This document shows, piece by piece, positions 24,590-37,139 of a stretch of 64,000 nucleotides of DNA (position 1 is the stretch's first letter; every line of letters begins with the position of its first letter). Made by a program: the position numbers and the translations under genes. The stretch comes from Octopus vulgaris (lineage: Eukaryota). The notes beneath the pieces were generated by a model. The model was not told where the DNA came from and ran no database searches. It worked only from the letters and a program-made list of their open reading frames with translations. The stretch lies in contig OX597823.1 in the NCBI GenBank assembly GCA_951406725.2, forward strand, positions 61,256,001 through 61,320,000, given 5' to 3'.

Positions 24590-25248
24590 TGGTATGTGAA
24601 AGCACATGGTTGGATGTATAAAAACAAAATAGAATGAAAAAACTACAGAAGATTTGTATAATATGGTTAAAAAATGTATTAAATTTGTCATGTTAGGAAA
24701 ATATTATAAAAAATTTTTTGTATAGTGATATTGCTTTTGAAGAAATAACTGGTTTTGCATTTTCCTTTCAAATTTCTTATATTTCTTTACCATTGTTGTG
24801 TCATCTATTTGCTATGATATGATGTAGAAAAGTTCGAAACAGGGGGAGGCAATCAGGGATTTTTTTTGGTATAAGGGAAATAATCAAAACTGTTGGGAAT
24901 GATTAGGTTTTGTTAATTTAACATGATTTGGTTTTGATAGAATAAAGTGTTAGAAATGGTTAAGTTTTGGTTTATATTTTTCAATGAGGTGAGTTTCCTT
25001 ATTTAAAAATGCTAGAAATGGTTAAGTTTTGGCTGATATTTTTCAATGAAGTAGGTTTCCTTATTTAATCTAACATGTCATGGTGTTCCAGTCGTGTGTT
25101 GATAAAATAGGAAAATTACAAATTGTGGTAGCAATTGTTTTTGCACATCTGTCCATGTGTTCACTAAAGGGTATCATTCTGTACTGTGGGAATGCAATCT
25201 GCTGTCAGTGCAGAGTGCATCTGCATCTGAGCAATAATCGTGTGGACC
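24590..25248 (-). mobile_element. Penelope-like element 3' fragment (GIY-YIG endonuclease C-terminus)
   Basis: Disrupted translation GST...LR.RCTLH*QQI.FPQYRMIPFSEH...CAK...FVIFLFYQ...RLNKETYFIEKYQPKLN; the last ~60 bp of the ORF are tandemly duplicated (24950-25068). Confidence 0.72.
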
Positions 25249-25258
25249 CTTATATATA

Positions 25259-25310
<52 letters not shown>

Positions 25311-26715
25311 TATACATATATGTACATACACACATGTACATTCTTATATCTTTGTGTCTGTGTTTGTAACTTAGCAGTTTTGCAAAAGAGACCAATAGAA
25401 TAAGTACCAAGATGAAGAATTAAGTACTGAGGTTAAATCAATCAGCTAAAATTCCTTAAGGTGGTGCTGCAGCATGACCACAGTCTAATGACTGAAACAA
25501 GTAAAAGATATAAGATAAAGGATATATATATATATATATATATATATGTGGAGAGAGAGAGAGAGAGAGAGGTGGGGGAGAAAGTGAGTGAGATGGACAG
25601 ACAGACAAAAAAGAAGTGATGGATATTGCTGTACAGCAGATCCATCAAACCCACGCTAGTGGTGGAAAAGTTGATTTCAAAAACAACAATGATGGTGAGT
25701 ATGATAATGGTGACAATCATGATAACTCTTAATGTATGTTTTTATCTGCAGTATTTATAAAATGTGTTGGTTGAGAATGCTTGTAAGGAGATTTGATAAT
25801 ACAATAGAAACACTATCAGTAACAGTGGAAACAATAGTAGCAATAGCAGCATTGACAGCAGCAGTAAAAGCAAAAACAATGACAACAGTAAAAATACATC
25901 CACAAGATCAACAACTTTATTGATAATGATTTTCTTTACAGCGATAATAATAACAAGACTAATTATTGTGGAGGTAGAGTTTTAACAATTGACTATTGAT
26001 AGCTTTAATCAAATGTTTTATTAAGACTACATTCTACTCATGTAGCATAGTTTCATTTTTATAGATGTTATTCTGTACAGCCCACAGACAGTCTTGGTCA
26101 AGTAAATTAAAGAAATTTAAGATAGTATTTGTATGAATGGGTCTTATTGTGATGTGAACTATATTTTTCAAGCAAGATGTAAGGTATAGTTTGAGGGAAA
26201 TTTGGCTGCAATTTTTATTGAGTCAAGTGAACACGAGGAGGTGGCTTCAGTTGTTCATACCTTTTTTGTGTGTGTGTTAATAAAAAGAATTCAAAGAAGA
26301 GGTGTGGTGCTCATAAAGCTCTTTGCTGATATTTTTTGGATGAAATGTGTATAGGTACTTGGAATTGTTACATCTCAGTGAAAAAGAGAATAAAAATGTA
26401 GGCAGAGAGTTAGTGCTAGAGAGGATAATGATTCAAAAGAAGAATGATAACGTGCTTGATAAGTAAGAACATAGTGGAGTGTTGAGAGGTGGAGATGCAA
26501 GTCCATTGAATGTATACATTGAATGCAATAAATTTTAAAGGGGCCATTTAACTAGTGATAAATACAAGAAATACCTATAAAAATAAACCGTTTATACATG
26601 TGTATAGGTATGTATATATGTGTATGTATGTTTATATGTACAGTTATAATAAAAACAATTTTGCATTATTCTGATGGGTTACTCAATACTTTTGTAGAGT
26701 ACAAATTTAATATTT

Positions 26716-26930
26716 TTAACCTTTTAGCATTTAAACTGGCCATATTCTATCTGTTTTATGTTCAAACTGGCTATGACTAGGCTCTCACACCTACCCTAGA
26801 ATGTTATTCTAAAGATATATAATCTCATCATTGAAACCTTGAAGCTACGAGATCATGTAGGATTAATTCAAAATGATGTGACTAAATAAACATTACATTT
26901 GACAAAGTAATCTGAATACTAAAGGGTTAA
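26716..26930. mobile_element. piggyBac-like MITE, family A
   Basis: TTAA-ccttttagcatt...aatactaaaggg-TTAA. Confidence 0.75.
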
Positions 26931-27239
26931 ACAAGAATGTTGTTGACAGTGACTTCAAAGTTTTGGCCATTGTTCTCCTATATATAACTGATTTCAGAAT
27001 CCAATAGAATCAAGATACTTTAATTACAAAAATACCAAGGTAGAGTCAAGGATAGTTATACTTGTGTATGAGCACATGCATACTTCCTAAAGTATACGTG
27101 GACTTGTCCTTCCAGTAATGCATACATTCATAAGTATAGACCAAATACACCCAATGTATACATAAAATCATGCAAGAGTATAATCAGGCATGTAGTCCAC
27201 AGTCCCCTGTAGTCTCAAGAACTAAAGCAGTGAAGTTCC

Positions 27240-27630
27240 AAGCCAGTGGCACATAAAAAGCACCATTCGAGCGTGATCGTTACCTGTGTCACCTTACTGG
27301 CACTTGTGCTGGTGCCACATGAAAAGACATTCAAGCGAGGTCATTGCCAGTGCTGCTGGACTGGCTCCTGTGCAGGTGGCACATAAAAAGCACCATTTGA
27401 GATGGCCATTGCCAGTACCGCCTTACTGGCCCTCGTGCTGGTGGCACGTAAAAGCACCCACTATACTCTCGGAGTGGTTGGCATTAGGAAGGGCATCCAG
27501 CTGTAGAAACTCTCTCAAATCAAGATTGGAGGCTGGTGCAGCCATCTGGTTCACAGGGCTTCAGTCAAATTGTCCAACCCATGCTAGCATGAAAAGCAGA
27601 TGTTAAACAATGATGATGATGATGATGATG
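27240..27630 (+). mobile_element. RTE 3' UTR/tail fragment
   Basis: Repeated ggtggcac(g/a)taaaagcacc motif and (GAT)n tail. Confidence 0.85.
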
Positions 27631-27932
27631 AGCTGTTTCAGACGGTTTTTTTTTTTTGATGCACAACATATAAAAAAATAGTTCTCTTCTGATGAATCAA
27701 AATTAAAATAAAATTTTATATTTAGGCTTTTTCACACAAATATTATAAGATGTATATTGACTCTCTCAACCAGTACTGAGATGAAAGAGTCAATATGCAT
27801 TCTTTATAATTTGTGTGAAAAATACTAAATGTTAAGTTTCATATTATTTTATTTCACCCGAAGAAAAGGGTTTTTTTCATATGGTGTAATTTGTTTGTTT
27901 ATAAATAAAAAAAAACATTTCTGAAATATACT
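27631..27932. repeat. AT-rich foldback (palindromic) element
   Basis: ttttcacacaaatattataagatgtatattgactct pairs with agagtcaatatgcattctttataatttgtgtgaaaa; imperfect pairing extends outward. Confidence 0.75.
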
Positions 27933-28981
27933 CGGTAAAGTGGTTGGCATTATGAAGAGAATCTAGCAGAAGAAATCATGCCAAAGCAAACATGGGAGCA
28001 TGATGTAGTCTCCTGGTTTGTCATCTTCTGTTGAGCCATCCAACCCGTGCGATCATGTGAAATGGACGTTAATGATGATGATGATGATGGTGTGTGTGTG
28101 TGTATGTGATATAATGTATGAGTATATATGTAAGCAAACACCATTTATTTTGGTCCATCAGTTTTACTTTTGTGAGAGGAATTAGAAAGTAGCGTGTTGA
28201 GGAATGTGGGATGGTGGCCACCACATATGAAAATAGTCAGAATAATGTGATAAACCAAGTGTATGTCCCACTTTCTTTTAACTGACACATGCACAAGGGA
28301 AAATAGCTGTAACTCAGAAGAGAAGAATGCTTGCAGACAGAAGAATTTTCTCATAAACTCATACACATATGCACATACACACATGCATATGTGCACATGC
28401 ATGCATGCACATGTACACATACAATCATGCACTCATGCAAACATACACACACATGCACACACACACACACACACTCATTTCTAATTTGGTTATTGCCTAT
28501 GACATGGTAAACCACAAAATAAAAGAAGCCACAATTATTTCAGAAGAGTAAAATAAATTTATTTTAAAAATTGAATATTACAGAATGTACAATCTGCTTC
28601 ATTTCTCAATGGAATTCCTCAAAATATGATTTGAGACTCTCCAAATATGTTGTGCTGTAATGCTTTAAAGCATATTTTAACAAGATTCTGAATGAAACTC
28701 ATTGAAGTTTGTTCTGAGAATGTCAGTCCAGAAGGCAAACAGTGCATTTGTCACATTGAGTATTTTTGAAAATTCCATGCATACATAGGTACAAGTATGG
28801 CTGTGTGGTTAAGAGGTTCACTTCTCAACCACATGGTCTCTGGTTCACACTTGGTTTGGCATCTTGAACAAATGTCTTTTAGTATAACTGGTGAATAGTA
28901 GATTTGGTATTCAGAAAGTGAAACAAAATCGTCATATATATATATAATAATGAAGATAAACCAAATAATTATATTTTGAAA

Positions 28982-29063
28982 GCATTTAATACACATGTTT
29001 CAGATCTTCGTGATTTATAATAGAAAATACTTCCCACTACACAAGACCTTCTTCAGTCAATAC
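28982..29063 (-). ncRNA. minimal type I hammerhead ribozyme with long stem II
   Basis: Minus strand: GUAUUGA-CUGAAGA-AGGUCUUGUG...CACGAAGAUCU-GAAAC-AUGU-GUA-UUAAAUGC; ~10-bp basal stem II, GUA triplet. Confidence 0.75.
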
Positions 29064-29068
29064 ATTTC

Positions 29069-29117
<49 letters not shown>

Positions 29118-29204
29118 TCTACCAATGTGGTGTTGAGCACTCATTCTCAATGTTCAACAGTTACGTGTATATATATATGAATATATATATATATATATGT
29201 ATAT

Positions 29205-29977
29205 ATGATTCTGCCATTTGATGCGGAGGAATTTCCGGAGGCAGCGCAGGTGAAAGATGTTTAGGCGATGCTCTTGGCGTGTGTATAGCATCCAAGTCTC
29301 ACTTCCATACAGTAGAGTGCTAAGTACCATACAGTAGAGTACTAAGTACACATGCCTGGTAGATCTTAATTTTCGTGATCTTGGTCAGCTTATTGTTGTC
29401 CCATGCCCGTTTGGAGAGTTGGGCCATCGCAGCAGCTGCCTTGCCAATGCGTATATTGAGCTCAGCATCAAGGAATACCAAGCATGTTTGCACTCCTCAC
29501 ACAAAGACGTATGAGATGGTTTGGGCATGTTAGCCGTATGAAAGATGGCAGAATCCCCAAGGACATACTCTACAGAGAGCTTGCTAGGGGTACTAGGTCT
29601 GTGGGTAGACCGTTCTTACGTTACAAGGATGTTTGCAAAAGGGACATGAAGGCCTGCAACATCAATATTAGCAGTTGGGAAGCAATTGCCAGCAACCGTG
29701 GAGATTGGCGACGTACCGTAAAAGAGGGAATACAAAGGAGTGACGGAGAGAGAGAGAGAGGAGAAATGGAAAGACAAGAAAAGACAACAAGAAACTATGA
29801 CACTACAACCAGCCAGGAACAGTCTTCGTTACATTTGCAGTACCTGCCAGAGGGAGTGTTTGTCCAGGATAGGACTACACAGCCACAGCAGGAAATGTAT
29901 CTGGACATGAAATGTAAAAGCCAGACTGGACTATTTTATGCACAACTCCATTGTCTCCCGAGACAAAAAGGATGCCA

Positions 29978-29980
<3 letters not shown>
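29205..29980. mobile_element. BovB-like RTE fragment with inverted 5' segment
   Basis: Minus 29473-29205 encodes LDAELNIRIGKA...LLYGSETW...KWQNH; plus 29472-29980 continues GIPSMFALLTQRRMRWFGHV...; flanked by (TA)n. Confidence 0.88.
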
Positions 29981-30018
<38 letters not shown>

Positions 30019-30045
30019 CATACACACACACTCACACACATATAT

Positions 30046-30091
<46 letters not shown>

Positions 30092-30114
30092 AGTAAATGA
30101 CACATATTTCAACA

Positions 30115-31420
30115 TCATCATCATCATCATCATTTAGTGTCTGTTTTCCATGCTGGCATGGGTTAGGTGGTTTTAATGGAACTGGCTCCAGCCTTGTTTG
30201 GCTCACTTTCAATGGCTGGAGGCCTTCCTAACATCAATCACTCTAAGAGTGTACTGGCTGTCTTTTACATATCACTGGCACTGGCCTCGACTATGATTCC
30301 ACTCATCTTGGTGTGTCTTCTCAAGCACAGCAAATCATCAAAGGTCTTGATCACTTGTCATCACCTCCATGAGATTCAGCATCAGAAGATCGTTACTTCA
30401 CCATTGGATTCCATGTCCTCCTAGGTCTACCTTTTCACCAGGTTCCCTCCACGGTTAGAGATTGGCACTTTTTATGCCACTGTCTTTGTCCATACACATC
30501 ACACGAACATACCAGCAGAGTCTTCTCTCTTATTTCTTTACTGCCCACAAGGGGCTACGCACAGAGGGGACAAACAAGGACAGAAAAATGGATTAAGTCG
30601 ATTATATCGACCCCAGTGCGTAACTGGTACTTATTTAATCCAACCTGAAAGGATGAAAGGCAAAGTCGACCTCGGCAGAATTTGAACTCAGAAAGTTGTG
30701 GCAGATGAAATACCTATTTCTTTACTACCCACAAGGGGCTAAACACAGAGGGGACAAACAAGGACAGACAAACGGATTAAGTCGATTACATTGACCCCAG
30801 GGCATAACTGGTACTTATTTAATCGACCCCGAAAGGATGAAAGGCAAGGTCGACCTCGGCGGAATTTGAACTCAGACGAAATACCGCTAAGCATTTCTCC
30901 TGGTGTGCTAACATTTCTGCCAGCTCACCACCAGCACAGTCTCCTCTCTTGCACACCACATCTGATGCCTCTTGTACCCTGTTTTTCTGTTGTATGTGCA
31001 CATTGACTTTCCACATCCAGGGAACCATACTAGCTTTATTCCTTTCAAGCCTTCACATGTCCTCTGCAGTCACAACCCATGTTTCACTGCTGTGTAGCAT
31101 GGCTGTTCACACATGGGCATCATACAGCCTGCCTTTCACTTTGAGGGAGAGAGCCTTTGTTACCAGCAAACGTAGACTCTCTCTGAACTCTGACCAGCCT
31201 ATTCTTATTCTAGCAGCTACATGCTCAGAGTATCCACCTCCACTGCTGATTTGCTCACCTAGATAATAGAAGCTATCTACTACTTCTAAGGATTCAGCTG
31301 GTATTTGACAAAAGTCTATTTTCTATACATTCCTAGCATTTATTGTATCTATACACCTGCCACACACAAGGACTACTTTTTCTGTCAACTTTCTTCTGAT
31401 ACTGCTGCACTGCTTATGTA
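30115..31420 (-). mobile_element. degenerate RTE (related to 13758-16211) interrupted by a SINE
   Basis: Colinear similarity to 14860-15530 and a (GAT)n tail. Confidence 0.85.
30532..30929 (-). mobile_element. dimeric Nin/Deu-like SINE with ~21-bp target-site duplication
   Basis: Body duplicated in tandem; flanks accagcagagtcttctctctt (30511) and accagcacagtctcctctctt (30930). Confidence 0.85.
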
Positions 31421-31441
31421 TGTGTATATATATATATGTAC

Positions 31442-31525
<84 letters not shown>

Positions 31526-31642
31526 TATGTATGTATATATATATATATATATAAACATATATGTAGTATCTATCTGTCTATACACACAAATACATACACA
31601 TATACACACATGCATACATACATACATACATACTTACATATA

Positions 31643-31707
<65 letters not shown>

Positions 31708-32219
31708 TGTGCTCACTTCTATGAAAGCTGAGATATATACAAGCTGTGTTCGTGCTGTCTGTTCTCCTGCCAACAAACCATCTGATTGTTTCATGCCTTT
31801 GATCCCTTACCTTACTTGAAGAAACATAAAAGTTAGCGACAAGAAAGATATTGGCTGTAGAACAATGTTTTAGCGACATATTTGTCTGACCATGCAACTA
31901 TAGAAAAACAGATATAAAACTGAACAAATGAAATCTGAATGAACACATGTGGATGCAAACACACACACACACATGAGCGCATGTACACATACACACAGAG
32001 GCATGCACATGCACATGCACATGCACAAGCACATGTATATCTTTTGTTTTATATTTTACTCATTTCAGTTATTAGTCTGCAGCCATGCTGGAGCACTGCT
32101 TTGAAGGGCTTTGGTTGAATCAATTGAGTCCCGATAGTTATCATTTTCAAGCCTGGTATGCATTCCATTGGTCTCTTACACTGAACTGATATGTTACAGG
32201 GATCTGAACAAACCAACAC

Positions 32220-32302
<83 letters not shown>

Positions 32303-32304
<2 letters not shown>

Positions 32305-32860
32305 CCCTGATGCAGTATCAGGCAGAGGCTCTCATGGCTTCTAATCTTAACTGATTGGAAGTTTAATCTTGTACATTGTTTTGTCTTGGTATAAAAGATG
32401 GGCTACAGCAAATATTCTGCTCAATACCACAGATTTGCTTGTCAGTTGTCTGACCATAACCAGTTGACCATATCCTTTAGTGGCTGACGATATGTGCATC
32501 TCTGATCACGAGTAGAAGTAGTGGGGGAAGCAACATAGCCATTTGTTGAGAGGAATTCTTTGGGGTTTGGATAATTCACCTCTGGAAACATGGGTGTTTC
32601 CTTCAACATCCTTAAACAATCCTTATTCAGGCACCTTTTGAGCAGGATGGGTTACTCGACCAGAAGAAAATTCTTACTGGGCCCCACCTGCAAGGTTATG
32701 AGCTGTTTATCTTGATACGAGATCACCATGTCGCGCACATATGGTTGTGATGCATGTGCCTGGTGTACCCTTATCAGACAGGTAGTCATGATGGGTATAT
32801 TGGGCTTCATATATTTTACCCCAGTGTCACTTTGATGGTGTGCACTGCTCTCTCACTCAA
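32303..32860 (+). mobile_element. 558-bp non-coding element flanked by (AAT)n
   Basis: Same-length inverted copy at 35527-36084; long (AAT)n on both sides. Confidence 0.85.
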
Positions 32861-32886
32861 TAATAATAATAATAATAATAATAATG

Positions 32887-32929
<43 letters not shown>

Positions 32930-32931
<2 letters not shown>

Positions 32932-33103
32932 TCCAAACAACATCCATCCATGAATTTATTTATTTATCAATTTTTAAATACATATTTTATCTGTGAATTT
33001 GCGTCTGTAATCTGGGAATACGCACAATGAGCTTCTCTGCCCTAGGTGTATGGAAAACACTCGGCGAGAAATGGAAGAAAATTTTAAGAAAGAAGGAAAA
33101 AAC

Positions 33104-33105
<2 letters not shown>
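32930..33105 (+). mobile_element. R4/Dong-like LINE 3' UTR fragment
   Basis: gccctagg...aacactcggcgagaaatg resembles the 3' end of the 59248-60790 element; (AAT)n flanks. Confidence 0.7.
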
Positions 33106-33144
<39 letters not shown>

Positions 33145-33494
33145 GATGATGATCATCATCATTATCATCACCACCACCACCACCACCACCATCATACTTA
33201 TTATTACTGTCATTATTAGATTGGGGAGCATGTGAGAAGGCTCGTGTCTTTGGTGGTAGGGATTTGTGGGGTTCTTTGACTGGCTCCAGTTGGAGTTTTT
33301 CCTGCATCAAAAGAACTACATCATCTATATTATCACATACTTTATCACAGTTCACCATATTTTCCAGTTCTTTCTTCCCATGCTTTAGGTAAATCCATGC
33401 ACAAATTGTTGTCTGTCTTTGCGATGTCCCTTCATCTATGCCCCTGAGGTTAATAAAAGGAATTTATCATTATTATTATTATCATCATTATTTA

Positions 33495-33691
33495 GGCAGA
33501 ATTATGAGCACACTATGCAGGCAGTTTGTCTATCCCTATGTTCTGAGTTCAAATTCTGCCTAGGTTGACTTTGCTTCTCACCTTTTCGGGGTTGATAAAT
33601 TAAGTACTAGTGGAGTACTGGGGTCGATGTAATCGACTTAACCCCTCCCCAAAAATTTTAGGCCTTGTGCCTATAGTAGAAAGAATTATCA

Positions 33692-33728
<37 letters not shown>

Positions 33729-33892
33729 GGTGATGAGCTGATAGAATCATTAGCACACTGGATGAAATGCTTAGCGGTCTTTCACCCATTGCTATGTTCT
33801 GAGTTCAAATCCCATTGAGGTCGACTTTGCCTTTCATCCTTTCGGGCTCCATAAAATAAGTACACTGGGGTTGATGTGGTAAAATTTGAAAC

Positions 33893-33931
<39 letters not shown>

Positions 33932-33956
33932 CATTATTATTATTATTATTATTATC

Positions 33957-34019
<63 letters not shown>

Positions 34020-34245
34020 GTTATTATTATTATTAAGGTGGCGAGCTGACAGAATCATTAGCACATTGGGTAAAATGCTTAGCGGCATTTTGTTGCTATG
34101 TTTTGAGTTCAAATTCCACTGGGGTTGACTTTGCCTTTCATCCTTTTGGGGTTGATAAAATAAGTATCAGTTGAACACTGGAGAGTCAATGTAATTGACC
34201 TACCCACTCTCCCAAAATTGCTGGCTCTGTGTCAAAATTTGTTAT
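33495..34245 (+). mobile_element. three tandem Nin/Deu-like SINEs separated by (ATT)n
   Basis: Family core recurs near 33570, 33825 and 34130. Confidence 0.8.
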
Positions 34246-34264
34246 TATTTTTATCATTATTTTA

Positions 34265-35460
34265 TGAAAACTCTCAGCTTATTTTGCTGGGTATGAGGGA
34301 AAGTGTCAGCTGTCCACAACCAGCAGACTAAGGTGACACTTGTTTCCTAGTCATGCTCTCCACAGGATTTTGCAATCTTCATTCTTGATGACTCCTTCTG
34401 GGATTTTCTCATACTATGTTTTTGCTCCTTGTAGGCTATGATTTCCATAGCCCCCAATGGATCATTCTTGTCACATTGTCATGTCTTTTGTAATCATGTT
34501 GTGCCAATTTGAGGCATTCACTAATAATGTGCCATGCCATTTCATCCCTCTCACCACACATTCTGCATTTGTCGCTGTTGTTAGTGTTGTTGATTCTGCA
34601 TTTCACATAGTCCTTAATGCTTGTTCTTGTGCTGCACACAAAGTGCTTTTGCCTCTATCTTTAGGTCACTCCTCATCCATAGCCACTGGTCTTCTGTATC
34701 TGTCTTGGCACTTGTATCTCTTAGAAACTTACTGTATATTTTTTTCTCTTTCCATGCTGTTTCTTTTTTTTTTTGTGTTTTTTACCTCTTTAAGTTTTTC
34801 TTTCTTTACTCAATTATCAATTTTGATGATGTCAGACTTCTTCACATGTTTCAACAATGACTCCACAGTATTTTTCACATACAATCCTAAACTGTTTTCC
34901 TCTACTTCAGTACAACCCTGGCAACTGATCAAACCTCACCCACCCTTTCTTCTGGACAAGTAAAGCCTACCGGTGTCACTCTTAGGGTAGAAGGCTCTGT
35001 GCACTCAATATTTTTCTTGTCCTCATATATATTTTCATCAGTTCTCTCTTTTGCCAGTTTATGATCCCAGTTTATTATTATTATAATTATAGAAACAAAG
35101 CTCAGGTTTGGTATTATTCCTGGTAGAAAGTTTGTAGGTGGTGGGTTACTGCCTGTAACCTTAAGTATCCACATGTTTTGGGCAGTCTTTCAAGTGCTTA
35201 TCAACCCTCCTGATAATCCTGGCTGTCCTTAAGAGACAAACATTTTGTAGGATCTCTACTGGGCATTCTGTTTCAAACTCCTTTAGCCATTTGGCTATAT
35301 CTTGGCTTACTGTCCCCAGTACACCAATTATTATAGGCATGACCTATACTGTTTGCATGCTCCAATTTCTTCTTATTTCAAGCTTTAAGGGATTGTCTTT
35401 TCTTTGTTTTTCTTCATCTTTCTTTACAATTCTGGAATTAAATGGGCATGATGGGTTGAT
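34265..35460 (-). mobile_element. degenerate R4/Dong-like LINE fragments
   Basis: CCHC knuckle KCRMCGERDEMAWHIISEC...KRHDNV; C-terminal MPIIIGVLGTV; (TAA)n boundaries. Confidence 0.78.
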
Positions 35461-35465
35461 AAGTA

Positions 35466-35524
<59 letters not shown>

Positions 35525-35526
35525 CA

Positions 35527-36084
35527 TTGAGTGAGAGAGCAGTGCATGCTATCTAAGTGACACTGGGGTAAAATATATGAAGCCCAGTATACCCATCATG
35601 ACTACCTGTCTGATAAGGGTACACCAATCACATGCATCACAACCACGTGTGCATGATATGGTGATCTCATATCAAGACAAACAGCACATGACCTTGCAGG
35701 TGGGGCCCAGTTAGAATTTTCTTCTGGTCGAGTAACCCATTCCGCTGAAAAGGTCCCTGAATAAGGATTGTTTAAGGATGTTGAACGAAACACTTGTGTT
35801 TCCAAAGGTGAATTATAGCAAACCTCTAGGAATTCCTTTCAACACATGGCTATGATGCTCCCCAACTACTTCTGCTTGTGATCAGAGACGCACGTATCGT
35901 CAGCCACTAAGGGACATGGTCAACTGGTTATGGTCAAACAACTGACAAGCAAATTTGTAGTATTGAGCAGAATATTTGCTGTAGCCCATCATTTATGCCA
36001 AGACAAAACAATGTACATGATAACACTTCCAATCAGTTAAGATGAGAAGCCACGAGAGCCACTGCCTGGTACTGCATCAGGGCA
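35527..36084 (-). mobile_element. 558-bp (AAT)n-flanked element, inverted copy
   Basis: Reverse complement of 32303-32860 over its full length. Confidence 0.85.
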
Positions 36085-36989
36085 ATATTATTATTATTAT
36101 TATTATTATATTATTATTATAATCCTCTCTCCTAATTTTAATCTTGATTTTGGTGAAGAACAAGTGCATATTATACATGGAGTTTTATGGTTTGCAGAGA
36201 AATCTAAAGATTTCTCGATGATAATGAATTTACTGTTAAGATTTTTAATGTAAATTAGTTCAGACAATTATAAGCCCTGTCATAGGTAGGTAATCTGATG
36301 CACTTTTCTTTCTCAAATTGGAGCTTATACCAACTGATATCACTTCTTAAGGAGTTTGGCTATTAATTTGCTCATTAACATGCTGAAATGCTTGTCATAA
36401 AGTAAATCTTTCACAAATAGATGTTTTTATTTTATTTTATTTTATTTTATTGTATTTTATTTTCTGCTTTCATTTTTGTTTTTGTTTTGTTTTTTTCCTT
36501 TTTTCCATACCTCAATCAAAAGTTATTTTAAGAAAAACTTTTTCCCAGTGCCCTAGAATCGAAAATGACCGAGTGAAAAATGTTTTATATTTTTATTTCT
36601 GTTTTTATTCTATCTTTATTTATTTTTTTTATCTTTTATTTTTTTTATCTTTATTTTATTAAAAATTTTTTTTTTCCTTCTTCCCTTGTTACCATAAAAA
36701 TCTGTAAGTAAAGATAACTAGATGTCTGAACTTGATTAGAAAAATCAATGTCTGATATCTCATCTACGATGTTTCTCTAGAGATTGAACATAATCAATAC
36801 TGACTATGACAGAAGAATTTTTACTTGTTATTTCCTTTCTTTCATTCTTCTTTTTTATATATATATATATATATATTTTTATAGTATCGTCTCTCATTCC
36901 TTCTTCTTTTCCTTTTTCCTTTTCTTTCTTTCTTTCACCACAATTGACTAAGAGGTGGGTGTCTTCTTGGTTTTTGTTCTTGCTGTCTT

Positions 36990-37022
<33 letters not shown>

Positions 37023-37139
37023 AGTTGTGGTTTTTGTTATTGTTGTTTATATATATATGTTGAATGTTAACATAAATACATTATTAGTCAACTGAGGTTT
37101 GGGTTAAAAAAACAAAACCATTTGCAAAGCAGCCTGATG

